64,000 bases of DNA. Source: Polymyxa betae A26-41 (lineage: Eukaryota; Protista; Endomyxa: Phytomyxea). Position 1 is the stretch's first letter. Every line of letters starts with the position of its first letter. The notes under the pieces are model-generated. The model had not been told where the DNA came from and did no database searches. It saw only the letters and a list, made by a program, of their open reading frames with translations. Shown piece by piece: positions 11,684 to 23,711 of this stretch. The stretch lies in assembly GCA_003693705.1 (NCBI GenBank), contig RBZT01000705.1:1-64000 (forward strand), given 5' to 3'. The translations under genes were made by a program, and so were the position numbers.

Positions 11684-14600
11684 TCAATTCGGACATTTCT
11701 TTGCATGAGGGGAAGATACATATTGATGAATCGCCAGCCGCTCACTATCGCTAAGACTTGATTGCCACTGTTGCACTTGGCTGAATTTCTGAATATTTGC
11801 CTGGAACAAGGCCTGTAGATCGAGCTCCGGCAGTTGAGCGCCATCATCGACGAACTCTTCCTCGTCGTAGTCGCAATACTCGTCTTCATCGTCACTATTC
11901 CAGTCTTGGTCTACTTGGATGTCTTTAAATCCGTTTCCGGTTGAGAGTCGAATCGCTTCATCAGCATCCGAATCATCGTTACCAGTCGCTTCGATTTCCG
12001 ATAGTACAAACTTGCATAACGCCGGAATTGATGATAACACATTGGCTACAAAATGTCAAAATGGCGAAAAAACTGGAGGATGATCACCTAGCAGATTACG
12101 GTCCTCTTGCGATTTCGAACTCCAGTTGAAAGTTAACAAAGCCGTCAATGCCACCAAGCACATTTCCGCTAACTCCCATGTCAAATTTGGAATAAAGTTT
12201 ATCCACGCCGGAAGCAGAACAGCTGGGTGGCAGTTGCTGTAGAACGTGTCAGGGGAGAGCAATGCAGTATAACACAAGACATTGCTCAGCATGGAACAGA
12301 ACACCTAACTGAGTTTTAGCAAAAAAACATTTATTGGCCAATGATTACCTCATAAGTGAAGTCCTCTGAGGCTTGCTGAATTGATTCAGTGAAAACCTCA
12401 GAAACCACCTGTGTGATTGCCGCACAGACATAGAAGCGGATTGTCTCCGGTACGACGGTTGAGCAAAAACCTGCCATCCCTTCCAGAATCTGGGCTGCAT
12501 ACTTACCATCATGAACAGCTTCCTCGCACTATAATAGGATAAGGACAAAAGCCTTTGAATAAAACAAGGACTGACCCTCATGATGAATGAGCACATCTGA
12601 ATGATTGGCATAACATTCTCGGTTCTGTAAAAAGAGGCTGTATTCCGGGCCATAAAATTACGGAAGATGGGAACCATGGAGTTAACATATTCTACAGCAT
12701 AAGATTGACCCAGAGTAGCCAAGCGGGATGGAACCGAAGCTGCAACACGTTAAGAGGGAAAGTCAAACGGATAAGTTAATCACCCAGGAAAGAAGTGAAG
12801 GGAGTCGGTGCCACTCCCGACATTACACGCAAAAGATCGATTGCCGACTCCAACTGCATAACGTATTGCTCACGGTACAGAATTTCATTGATTGTATGGG
12901 TGCAAAGTGCTTCCATTGCCGCATACAGATCGGGATTGTCCCGGCAGCATTCGAATAAAGAACAAATAACACGAATGACCCCCATAGCAGCAAATTGTTT
13001 CTCCTCCTGACAAATCGTCAACAAATTGTAATCTCTGGGCGATGCCACTTACATCCGATCCAACGTCATTGTTGGCGAAGACGTGCATCGAGAAGACTGC
13101 AATCAGTTTCTCAGTCAAACGAAGAATGAACGGTGCAACAGCAGAGGGAGGAAATCGCCCAACGATATCTTCGAGAGTGGAAATAACGGTTTCATTTCCA
13201 ACCGAGTCGATTAACGAAACGTATTGTTCTAAAATGACGGGCAGATGGTCTTTCAGCTGATCAATTGCATCAGCATGAGCACGAAGAAGTTCGCTAAACG
13301 CAATGGACGCAGATGTCACAACAGGAATTGTTTTGTCATTACGAAGGAGGTCAAAGACAGGTGCAATACTTTGCTTTGCATCAGAAAGCGCCGCGTAACG
13401 ACCGCAAACCCAGACACTTCGAGTTCGAAGAATCCCGCTACCTATTGCATGAAAGATTAGTTGGGGATTTCAGTGCAACTGAACACCATACGATGACTGA
13501 TTAACGGCATCACATTGTTAACGAAGATCTCCCGAACAGCATGTGGTAAGTCGTTCTGCTTGGAAAGTAGAACACGGGATAGAGATCCAAACAATAATAG
13601 AGCACCATCAATCAAAATATGATCGTTTTCAGGACTGGATAGATGGTCTACAGCAGAATGAGAGTGGATCAGACATACTGATACGGCACCAGTTACTGTT
13701 TATAATCTGCATAACGCCTGGAAAGACATCAGAAGTACGAACACGCACTAGGTCGATAAGCATATTGCAGGCGTTGATTCTAGGATCGTCGAATGCCTCC
13801 TGTGCATCGAAGCCGCGGCGGGAAAATTCGGCACCATCGCTCTCAAAGAGTTCAACCTAAGGGAATAAAAAAAGATTCGTTCAAGGAAAAAAGTGACTTG
13901 CCTCTTCCTCTGTTAAGCATAAAGTTCGGAAGATTCCATCCATGAGAACTGACTGCAAATGAGGTCGCAGCCTGAAAATGGGTTTAAGGCCAGTAAACGA
14001 AGCGATGTTGTGAGCACCTCTTGTATAAGGAAGCATGCGTTAGGGCAGTTCCTAGAAAAGCGAAACAGCTCTGCAGGATGGGACGCGAAACAACAGTCAT
14101 TGGCCGCTGAAGAGTATGGATGACAGCATCTTGCAATGAAGGTGCCACATTAGTCATATAGAGGCTCGAGAATTGCCTGATAACAATCACGAAAAAAAAA
14201 ATCTACAGAAGCCATATTATACTTGTCAGCCTTGTCTTGATCTGGAGTACAACGCCCATAGATGTTCAGCAATGGAACCAAACAGATCAGGGCGCGCTTC
14301 TGCATAGCCTTCAAGCAATCCAAACCGGGATCGCATTCATTCGGCGTGATGCTGATGACATGAAGACACAGCTGAGACCATGCCATGAAGCTGGAGGCGT
14401 CTCGGACGCCGGCTGGCATCGGCTGTCGAATCGCATGATGATAGATCTAAAATGGCAATGAGAATTAACTAAGAATTAACTAAATGAAACGTAAAGAGGA
14501 TCACGATGTAACCTTCAAGCAAATCTTAGAGAGTTCAAGTGACTCGGGTCGGTGGAGCTGTTGCAGACACTGTGTAAGAACTTTTTGAACGATCGGTAGA

Positions 14601-15221
14601 GTGGATGAGATCAAGATCGGTAAAGCTGGAGCGCTGTCCTCCTTGAAATGTTGGAACTTTCGGTAGATCAGGCGCAAGACGCTCATGGCACCGACTGCCT
14701 GGCAAGGATTCGGGTCGGTTAGATAGGGGATCAGACATTCCACGAGGTTCGGCCAATTGTCAGGGTAATCAGCTCGGATCATGAGATTGAGAGCTTCCAT
14801 CAGTTGAACACGAAGACCCCGAATATTGGAGGTGGCGAAAATCGCATTGACTATCTTCTGACGAATAGCAAGCAAATCAGCAGGCGAAATTGGAGTAGGA
14901 GCTTCCTCGTCAGATCGTCGGGCAAATCTTGATAAGAGTCAAACAGAAGCCAAAAACTTAATACAAATTGTACCGCTTTACAAGCAGCGATTTAACACGA
15001 AGGGCAGCTGCTTGGCGCACACTAATTTCTAGCCGGGCTTCAGAGACGGCATCGAGTAGAACGGGGACGATCTGGTCCCCGAAGGTCTTCTCGAAATTCC
15101 GAAGATTGTTCTCGGCTTGTTGCCTGAGATTAGGGTCGGCATGGAATGAGTGATTTAAAGCTGCTATAAGAGCAACGCCATGGTCCTGGACAGTCATCGA
15201 ATTCAGAATAGAAGCCGTCAT
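11684..15221 (-). CDS. Importin-7/8 (SAD2/Nmd5)-like karyopherin-beta, many introns
   Basis: IBN_N: DPNLRQQAENNLR..VRQAAALRVK; MIRADYPDNWPNL; HEAT repeats; acidic loop DDEDEYCDYDEEE near C-terminus; start at 15221 or 15197. Confidence 0.85.
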
Positions 15222-15845
15222 GGCTCTGCCTGCTGGAAAGATCCAGGAACGGATCACCGCGCAAATTAGCACGGGCTTACGATTAATCCCAACGAATCAT
15301 AAACTTTTGAGCTCGATCCATCGGTTTACTAGAATCAAGTTTATTTAGATCAGTCTGTCAACGCTTAGGACATCATACAGCTCGTGATCTTTGGCTCAGT
15401 TTAGAATCATTTTTACTTGAACAGTAATCAATGGTTGCATTTTAATGCGAAGAGAATCCATTTTCATTGATAGTTCCAGCTATCTCTCGTGCCTACCTTT
15501 TCAAATGATCATAAGCCTGTCTTGATTTTGAAGCAAGTGTACTAAAAGCCTGACTCAATTACAGAAGCTATAGGCGATTGTGAATGCCAATCAACACAAG
15601 ACAAATGAAAAATTCAAATTCTGATAACGAAATTGACAACACAGCAAATTATCCGGGCATGAATTCTAAAAACTATATTCTGCACTGCAATGTAGCACTC
15701 TGTTTGGACCGATGAGATGACCAGTTCTTTACCAAGCGGCTCCCGTTGCGTCTTCAAAGCCTATCGCGCAAATTCTACGGATTTTGCTCTATGGCTCAGA
15801 CTGCGCCACGGCCTTTCTTGTCGGTTCAATCTAATTCCAGTCGTA

Positions 15846-16861
15846 ATGCTGGCAATGTATGGTGTATCGGTAGCGAACGCTTTCAGCCTCCTCGATGAGG
15901 ACGAGAGAGAGGCCATGATGGCCCCCGCCGTCCAAGAGCCTACTCCTGCTCCTGTTCAGGTCCCTGTTAAGGAGAAACGCCACGAGGGCAACCGTCGTAA
16001 TAACCAGCGCCATCCCCGCCAAGGCGACAAGGATGACAGTCGTCGCCCACGCCTGGGCGACGACGACGAGAACAAGCAAAACCGTCGTCCTAAGCGAGAA
16101 TTCGACCGCCGATCTGGCACTGGTCGCGACCCCGAAGTCAAACGCCAAGGCAAGGGTGCCCGAAACTGGGGAAATGGTTAGCCTGCCATACGCCAGCTTT
16201 GTCTCTATGCTGACTGATTTGTAGCCCCGTCTGATGTGAAGGAAGCTAAGTCTGAAGAGACTGCTGTCGCTGCCTCCAACTCTTGGGATGCCCCCGCTGA
16301 GTCGACCGGCGCTGCTTGGGGTGAACAAGCTGGTACTTCCTGGGAGGTCCCAGCCGAGAACGCCGCCCCTGAAGCTGAAGGCCAATACCCTGAAGAACCC
16401 GAGCCTGAGCCTGAGCCTGAAGAAATCCAGCTCGACCTTGAAGAATACTACAAGAGCCAGGCCACCCTCCGCGTCGTTGAAGATGCCAACCTTCAGATTC
16501 GAAAAGTCGACCGTGATGATAACGAGAAGGTTTGTTGATGTCCCTCCGTTTTTAATTTCTTGCTTATTTCTGTGCATAGATCCTGCTCTCTAAGCGTGAG
16601 GAAGACGTTTCTGGTCTATTTGAGTCGGGCGAGAAGAAAAAGAAAGCTAAGGCTAAGCAGGCTGCCAAGAAGGTCTTAAATATTGCCGAGTTCACCAAGG
16701 ATCAGCAGAAGCCCCAGCAGGGTGGATTCCGAGGTGGTCGACGTGGTGGTCGTGGTGGCTCTTTCGGCGGTCGCGGTGGTCGTCGTGGTGGTGATGTTCG
16801 CCAGAAAAAGGGCTCCGAGGTCGACATCGCCGACAAGCTTGCTTTCCCCAGCCTTGCTTAA
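15846..16861 (+). CDS. HABP4/PAI-RBP1 (SERBP1/Stm1-like) RNA-binding protein, 3 exons
   Basis: NAFSLLDED, KREFDRRSGTGR..KRQGKGARNWG, LDLEEY, RGG-rich tail, C-terminal DKLAFPSLA*. Confidence 0.92.
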
Positions 16862-17013
16862 ATGTGGTTCAATCTCTATCAATCAGCATTTCAATACATT
16901 TTATATCAGATCATTAGCTAAGTCTTTCTCTGGATTCCGTATTCGTTAGCTTCAATGCATACTCTCCTGCACTCTTCTGGTAGCTTTGAAATGGACCCTC
17001 TGTTGTAGATGTG

Positions 17014-19018
17014 ATGGTGAGCAAGTCGGGCGGTGCCTCCAATGTTACGTAAACATTTGTAAGTGCTGAAAGACTTCATTATGTTAAATTAATGAAGCTA
17101 ATCAGTAAGCTGATCTGGCTAGCTGCTCTGATACCATTGTCAATATCGATTCGGTATGGTATCTCACTGCATTCATATTCAGGTAGACATATTGCATGCT
17201 GTCTCGGCTCTGTTTTGAAGTGAGAAAGGCGCCGAGAAGCCGCCGATGTATGGCGATTTTGAAGCACAGCGACATTGGATGGAGGTTACTGTCAATCTCC
17301 CTGTCCAGGACTGGTATAAGAATACGACTGATAACGACCTGATGTATTGGGGTCTGGATTATCCACCCTTGACTGCTTACCATAGCTGGGCTATGGGCAA
17401 GTTGTGAGCACTTCATTATTGAAACCAACGGATTGCTCATTATAGGATTCATAGTGCTAAAAACTTTCTTCCAGAGTTAGTAAAATTGCATAAATCTAGG
17501 GGTATTGAAGGTGCAAAAGTGAAGGCGTTTATGAGGAATACTGTCCTCTTAGTGGATCTTCTGCTTTTCATTCCGGCTGTTTTCGCTGCCGTTTATAGCA
17601 TCTATCCAAACCGTTCTAAATTCGAGCGAGTAATATAGCGACGTTTTGCTCACACATTCTTATAAGATTCAGAGAGCTGCTGTTGCTTTTATCATGAATT
17701 TACCAGCCCTTCTTCTTATCGATCATGGCCATTTTCAGTTAGCTCTGTTTTTTGTATGTATTTGCCTTAACATGCAGTCTAGGTACAATTGTGTCTCTTT
17801 GGGCCTTTTACTCTGGGCAGTCGCTTTTTATTGTCAAGGGAGAATGCTGTTATCTTCGATATTGTTCACATGCTCGTTTTGCTATAAGCAAATGTCATTA
17901 TATTACGCTCCTGCATTCCTGTTAGCGATGCTAGGACAAGCTGTCCACAATTGTACGTCTTGGCGAAGCCTTGCCTTAGGTATTTGCTGAACAATTCTGA
18001 CATCGATAACCGATTTTCAATCACGTTAGATGTGTTGGGAAAAGGGATTGCTGTCATCTGCACAATGATTGCTTGTCTATCTCCTTTTCTTGTTTATGGT
18101 GAACCGGTGGAGAACATTCGCAATATTCTGGATCGATTGTTCCCTTTTGCTCGCGGCCTCTATGAAGACAAGGTAGCGAACTTCTGGTGTGTCTCGAATA
18201 TCTTCTTTAAATGGTATGAGCTTGGACGCAAAATTTGATCAAACCCATTGTCTAACGTCATTGAGGCAGGTCAATCCGTTACAATCAGCCAACTTTAGTG
18301 AAACTGTGTACTGCCATCACCGTCTTGTTCTTGATACCAATCGCTTTCTTCAACTTGAGATATCGGATCTCACAAACGCGTATCTCATTCCTGCTCACAC
18401 TGACTTCGTCCTCCTTGGCGTTTTTTCTGTTTTCGTTCCAAGTGCATGAAGTAACGCTGTTGATACTGTATTTCATCACGGTTTTTGACATACTGTGCTT
18501 AGAAAAGCATACTGCTGCCATTAATTCCTGCCAGCCTTCTATGTCTCCATGCCCCAACTTTTTCTAAGTATTTTCAGTGCAAATGTTGTCGCCTTACATT
18601 GAATACTCTTAGGTATTTTTCCCATATTGCGACGTTTAGTATGCTCTGCCTACTTCGAAAAGACGGGCTACTAATTCCCTCTATCGCGGTTGCTGTCATT
18701 GGAGAAGTAATTGCCATGTATCTACCGGAAAGACAAAATTCACGTCGTGATAAGTTTACCTACATGTATGTTACTAAGCTCGAGATAGACCCTTAAGCTA
18801 ACTTAGACCTTTTTAGATGCTTTAGAGTAGCGTCTGTATTCAGCATTGTTATTATGCTGTTGTTTGCACTGATGCCTACGAGTAGCCGATACCCTCATCT
18901 TGAGGACATCGTCATCGCTTCCTTTTCAGCAATGCACTTTGTTGGATTTTATTTACTCACAATTGTAGAACATGTTCGTCTGATACAATTGTCCAAGTGT
19001 CGCATAAAAACAGATTAA
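17014..19018 (+). CDS. ALG6: Dol-P-Glc alpha-1,3-glucosyltransferase ALG6, many introns
   Basis: [90 protein letters not shown]. Confidence 0.96.
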
Positions 19019-19028
19019 TTGAACCTTT

Positions 19029-19853
19029 TCAAATTATGTTTGACATTATCACAACCGAAAGAAAGGAAACGACAAGAAGGGCCTTCGATTTGGGAAACGA
19101 AGAATTTTTAGGAAGTTTGGGCGTCGGAGCAGAATCCAGCACAGATTGTCGTCCTTTGAGTGTTTCCGCTTGGTTGTCAGCGTCATCATCACGCTCACAT
19201 CCTTTCATTTCCACAACTTCCGTATTCACGTACAAGTCATCGTTTGGTGAAAATTCCAGTTTTCCTGGGAGATTATCTGCATCGTGCAAATTGCATAATA
19301 TCGGACGTGAATTTTGATCATCTCTCTGCAAGAGTGCTACAGCGCATTCGAACCCCAACAACTCAGAAGCTCTCGAGCAAATGTCAGCACATGATAAGTC
19401 AAGAAGTTGCCATGGTGCAGATCCTGATGAGGTCGTTATAATCGCCGAGGTTGCATCTGTATAGGAGATTGATGCCCGATATGAGCCAATTTCCACTGCC
19501 TTTGCTGCTGGAATCGTGGCGATCTTTTGCCCATCTTTCCACTCCGCCGGCTCCGATACTGATTTCGCTTCGATTAGTTCGTATCGGATATCAAGCGATT
19601 CAGGAATGTCGTAAGGAAATAGGCAAAACGGAGCATAGAACAAATGGCAATGATCACCTAAGTGGAAATCTCAGCTGTTGAAAGGTTTGTCTGGAAATGA
19701 CCAACCGAGAGTGACCTCGCTGAACCCTGTGCAAAATGGTTCTGCTGCACACGATTCGGAGCATGATTTCCCATGTGTATGAACGAACCATGGTTCTCCT
19801 ACTGGTGTGTATGAATATAATGGTATAGCTCGAATGATGTTCACGAACGACAT
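19029..19853 (-). CDS. Putative surface protein with two PAN/Apple-like Cys modules and a hydrophobic C-tail
   Basis: intron 19658-19705 gives SCSESCAAEPFCTGFSEVTLGDHCHLF; second module SCADICS..ECAVALL..CNLH; tail ALLVVSFLSVVIMSNII; start uncertain. Confidence 0.6.
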
Positions 19854-19923
19854 CGTCAGGCGTCGATTTTCTAAATGTTGAATGGAAGAGCAGGCATCAT
19901 GACTCATTCGGAGCATTTCCGAT

Positions 19924-20847
19924 TCAAAACAGTTTTTTATTCGATTTTGATTCCGCCATCTCATCAATGTCCTTCCCTTTCGTGTGCTTTGGTGAGAACC
20001 CCAACTTATTTCCTGCCGAGGGAATTGGAATGTCGATGCTGAATGAATCTTTAACAGCGACATTGCTGGACGGTTTCACCTCCTTGATCCAGTCATCCTC
20101 TTTGGATTTGGGGCTGTCTTGGCTGTTGATGCAGTTTGGCCTGTCCCGAAGCAACGTCGCAATCGTTGGACATGATGGTATCTCAGTCGCCATAAAACCG
20201 ATTAGATTTGCGATGCACTTGTGTTCGTGTGCCTTTCAAATAAAGCGCAAAGTGAAGTTGAAATGAGATACCATGTACAAACCATCAAAATCGTTTCTGG
20301 ACTAGCGAAGCCCATCGATGGTACCTAATCGACCAGACCAGGCGAGGACAAATATGAAAATGACGCCCGCCGCATGCTGGCCCATCATCGCCACTCGATG
20401 TCATGATTATCCTCTGCCCTGATGAGAACATGTTGTCCTTCATAGTACGTTTGCATGATGGCATCCAAGACTTCTATGCAAAATGAATGGATTGTTTGCT
20501 TGTTGGAAGCAGCTGATAGCCTGGTACTGATTTCGGTTCAATGCAGAACCCACTGGCGATTTCAGTCTGTTGAAAATACGAACCAAAAACAGTCACTTTT
20601 GTTGACTGCATGTATTATTAATAAAGAAGGATACATTTACTATTGGCGGAGCTAATAAAAAATGGAACATCATAGCAGGAACGATCGCTTCGGAACCAAT
20701 CGCGATTCGTGACTTTCGGCAACTCGAGGACCTTGCGTCAGTAATGTTGCACTCTAGATGCATTTCTGAATATAAAGATCTGCATTGTCGAAGATAATCA
20801 ATCAGTACAAAAATCAACATTCCGGAAATAATTGAAATTTTTCTCAT
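19924..20847 (-). CDS. Hypothetical protein, exon structure unresolved
   Basis: plausible last exon (..DGLYM|AHEHKCIANLIGFMATEIPSC..KKLF*) and several intron-like segments; no recognisable domain. Confidence 0.3.
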
Positions 20848-20944
20848 TGTTTGATGATTTTCCGGAAAGTTGAACGCAAAAATCGGAGTCAGTCTCAGAA
20901 TCCATCTCTGTCCTGATAACTTTAGCAAAGTTGTCTTGGGTATT

Positions 20945-21703
20945 ATGGGTGGCCATGGTGGTTTGAATATATTACCCCAGAAGAGCTGGAATGTTTATAA
21001 TATCAAGAATCAGAACATCGTTCGTCGCGATGAAGAACGGTTTCGCCAGCAGCAAGCCGAGGCGGAGCGCCAGGCTCAGCAAGAACAAGCAGAAGTTCGA
21101 TTATCGAAGCTCAGGGAAGGTCATGCCCCTGCCGTAGAACGTTTCAACCTATTCGAAGAAGAAGAAAAAAACGCCAACGATTACGAAAAGAAGCGCCGTG
21201 TAAGTTTTTCCTATTTTTTAGCTATTTAAGACGTATTTACTGTTCTTCAGAAAGCCGAAATTGAAAGACAAGAGAAGGATAAGGATACTTGGTATCTTGG
21301 GAAGACGAGGCCCATCAATCCTTGGTATGAGCGTGCAGGAAAACTGGATGATAAGGGACCAGAAGTTCGTCGGAAATCAGAAATGGATCCCATGAGTTTG
21401 GTGAATAATCTTCTTTCAAAACCAGAACCAAACGAAAGGAATCATCATCGTGATAAATCATCGAAAAAAAAACACAAGAAACATAGAGAGAAGGACAGAA
21501 GCGATATTGATCGTGAAATCAAAAAGAAAGATAAAAAGCACCAGCGAACTGATAAGGACGGAAGCGATTCTGACCTTGAGAGGAAGAAAGATAAAAAGCA
21601 TCGGTCGAGAAGCGATAAGAAACGAAGCCACCGTCGCTCCCGCTCTCCATCTCTTGAAGACGAGCGAAAATCATCCAAAAAACGTCATCGAGAAAATGTA
21701 TAA
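20945..21703 (+). CDS. LENG1-like / Cir_N-domain spliceosome-associated protein, 2 exons
   Basis: MGGHGGLNILPQKSWNVYN..VRRDEE, FNLFEE, DPM motif, K/R/S-rich tail. Confidence 0.85.
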
Positions 21704-21885
21704 TTGCGGAGCAGATTGGGCCAAAAACAGAATCGAGCTTGTTGCCTTAAGGAAAGCAGTCCTTTAGATTCACTAGAAAGTGTTTATAAGCTCTACAAAT
21801 CGTATGGGGATCGATTCCCCATTAATGGTAAATACAGATTAGTCACAACAGCTCTGTCATGCTGTTGTCGAAGGACGCTTCTCTT

Positions 21886-22149
21886 TCAGATTGCGGCGGA
21901 AGGATCGTAATCGCGATTAATTAGAGTGATGATCTCGAGCTTATTCATCGGGTACATTAGGAACTGAGGCTTGTAACCGATAACTCGGCGCTGTTTCAGG
22001 ATCTTCAGCATCGCTCCAACCGTGTCACAGTGACGATTCTCGCCCTCTTTGACAACGTCGTCGTAACTGCATTGGCCATCACGTGCCTTCAACAATTCCA
22101 AAATCCATGCCTGGTGCCCTGCCGATATTGCCTTCGCTTCGCTGGCCAT
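21886..22149 (-). CDS. Costars/ABRACL-like small winged-helix actin regulator
   Basis: 87 aa; VGAMLKILKQRRVIGYKPQFLMYPMNKLEIITL resembles the Costars consensus LVGTLKAAKRRKIVTY.GELLLQG.HD.V.I.L. Confidence 0.65.
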   Translation of the reverse strand: MASEAKAISAGHQAWILELLKARDGQCSYDDVVKEGENRHCDTVGAMLKILKQRRVIGYKPQFLMYPMNKLEIITLINRDYDPSAAI

Positions 22150-22245
22150 CGTACGCCACGCTATAGAGACACTCCCAGCTAAATCTGTTGATGACAAGGG
22201 GGCCCCAAAACCCCAATGATGGGACTCGCCGTCGGCCCAGCCTCT

Positions 22246-22377
22246 CACATAAACCATGAGAGTTACGTTACCAGCTAATCTCTCAGTGTCTCTCTTCATT
22301 ACAAGTCGGTCACATAAACCAAGAGCGTTACGTTACCAGCTAACCTGTCTGTGCTTCTCTCTTCATTACAATTCGGT
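22246..22377. repeat. Two-copy ~65-bp direct tandem duplication
   Basis: CACATAAACCA(T/A)GAG(A/C)GTTACGTTACCAGCTAA..TCTCTCTTCATTACAA(G/T)TCGGT at 22246 and 22311. Confidence 0.9.
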
Positions 22378-22455
22378 AACAAATAGGACAGTCATTGATG
22401 GCTTCAAATAAAATCGATTTAATTTGCAAAAGAAATCGAGTGACGACACAGCTGC

Positions 22456-22905
22456 TTACAATCCGGCAGCGTTGACCTTGACCTGATTCTTGACCAGGAC
22501 ACCTTGGCGGGCCTTCTGGTTGGCATGGCGCTTCTTGACGGCGTACTTCTGCTTGTTCATCATCACACCGGCGGCGGGCATCTTCAGCTGCTGGCCTTCA
22601 TCGGCACCATTGACTTTGGCCAGATCTTTACCTTCATCGGCACCACGGAGCTTGGCCAGATCTTTACTTTCGTCGGCACCGTTAACCTTGTTAGCCTGGT
22701 ACTGGACGGCGAACTTCTTAGCTCCAGCAGCAAGTTGCTGTCGAGCAAGAACGCCAACCTTGTCGGCGGCGTTGACACCTTGCTTGGCAAGGACATGATG
22801 ACGGTTACGAGCGAGGTGCTTGGCTTTGTGCCGGGCGGCGTCGGTAGTGGTAGTGACGAACAGAGCCGCGACCAATAGGAGGGTAAAGAATCGCATGGCC
22901 AACAT
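22456..22905 (-). CDS. Small secreted basic protein with 3 GADE repeats
   Basis: signal peptide MRFFTLLLVAALFVTTTTDA; KVNGADESKDLA / KLRGADEGKDLA / KVNGADEGQQL (36-bp repeats); intronless; strongly C/G-ending codons. Confidence 0.8.
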   Translation of the reverse strand: MLAMRFFTLLLVAALFVTTTTDAARHKAKHLARNRHHVLAKQGVNAADKVGVLARQQLAAGAKKFAVQYQANKVNGADESKDLAKLRGADEGKDLAKVNGADEGQQLKMPAAGVMMNKQKYAVKKRHANQKARQGVLVKNQVKVNAAGL

Positions 22906-23711
22906 GATAAGTTATTATAAACCAACCGATTGGATTATGACATGCGGCAACAACAAATGTACATCGAACGTCGGGCGAAGTACCTCGAACCGACCGATTT
23001 ACGTAGCTACAAAGTACGGTCGCCGGAAGTACCTCGAACTGCCATGAGGAAAACAGCCAACATCACAGACTCGGAACCAAATTCAGATATCGATCTGAAA
23101 TGTAGTCCGTTTAAAATGATTAAGACTCAGGAACATATAGAACCCAAAAGCAAAGACAAAACTCGGTCGTCGTAGATTAGTACATGATTAATACACGCAA
23201 CAAAAAATGCAGATGAGACGAAAAGAGTTTGCGAGAAGATGCAATAGGTAGCGACAGCTAATTGTCTCATAACTGAGGCTTCAGACCAAATACTGCTGGG
23301 AACATAACGAAAAGGTCCATTGTAATTAATAGAAAGGCGCAAAAACTACTGACATCAACCGAAACTTTCGACGCAAAATGTAATGATAATTTAGTACAAG
23401 AACGACAAAACTTCCCCCAATAAGCATACAAGTTTTGGAACAAAGCTTGGTCAGGGCAGTCAAGGCTAGGCCAAGGACGAAAGGTCTGATCCGTTGTTGA
23501 ACCGCCCAGTACATACAGCACAGGCAATACAGGAATCACTTGGATGAATTCGCTTATCGTTCAACGATAGAATTGCTCAAGTCGTTTAAAGCCAGGCTCG
23601 GCGCTCGGTGGTGGTGACAAAGCCATTAGCCGACCGATCAAATATCCAATAAATAAAATCCACGGAGTTTTTACCTTTGAGATCCTGGTTGTGACACTCA
23701 TCATATCATTT

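Noticed and set aside
14461-14482. 11-bp tandem duplication AGAATTAACTA x2 in an intron; also the (GA)n tract near 140-155
   Set aside because: Ordinary slippage-type micro-repeats
15831-16577. Long antisense or overlapping ORFs (also 600-1151, 22490-22878, 62110-62889)
   Set aside because: These are shadows of codon-biased real genes on the other strand or frame
23127-23626. Possible small minus-strand membrane-protein gene
   Set aside because: I could not build a consistent spliced reading frame or recognise a domain
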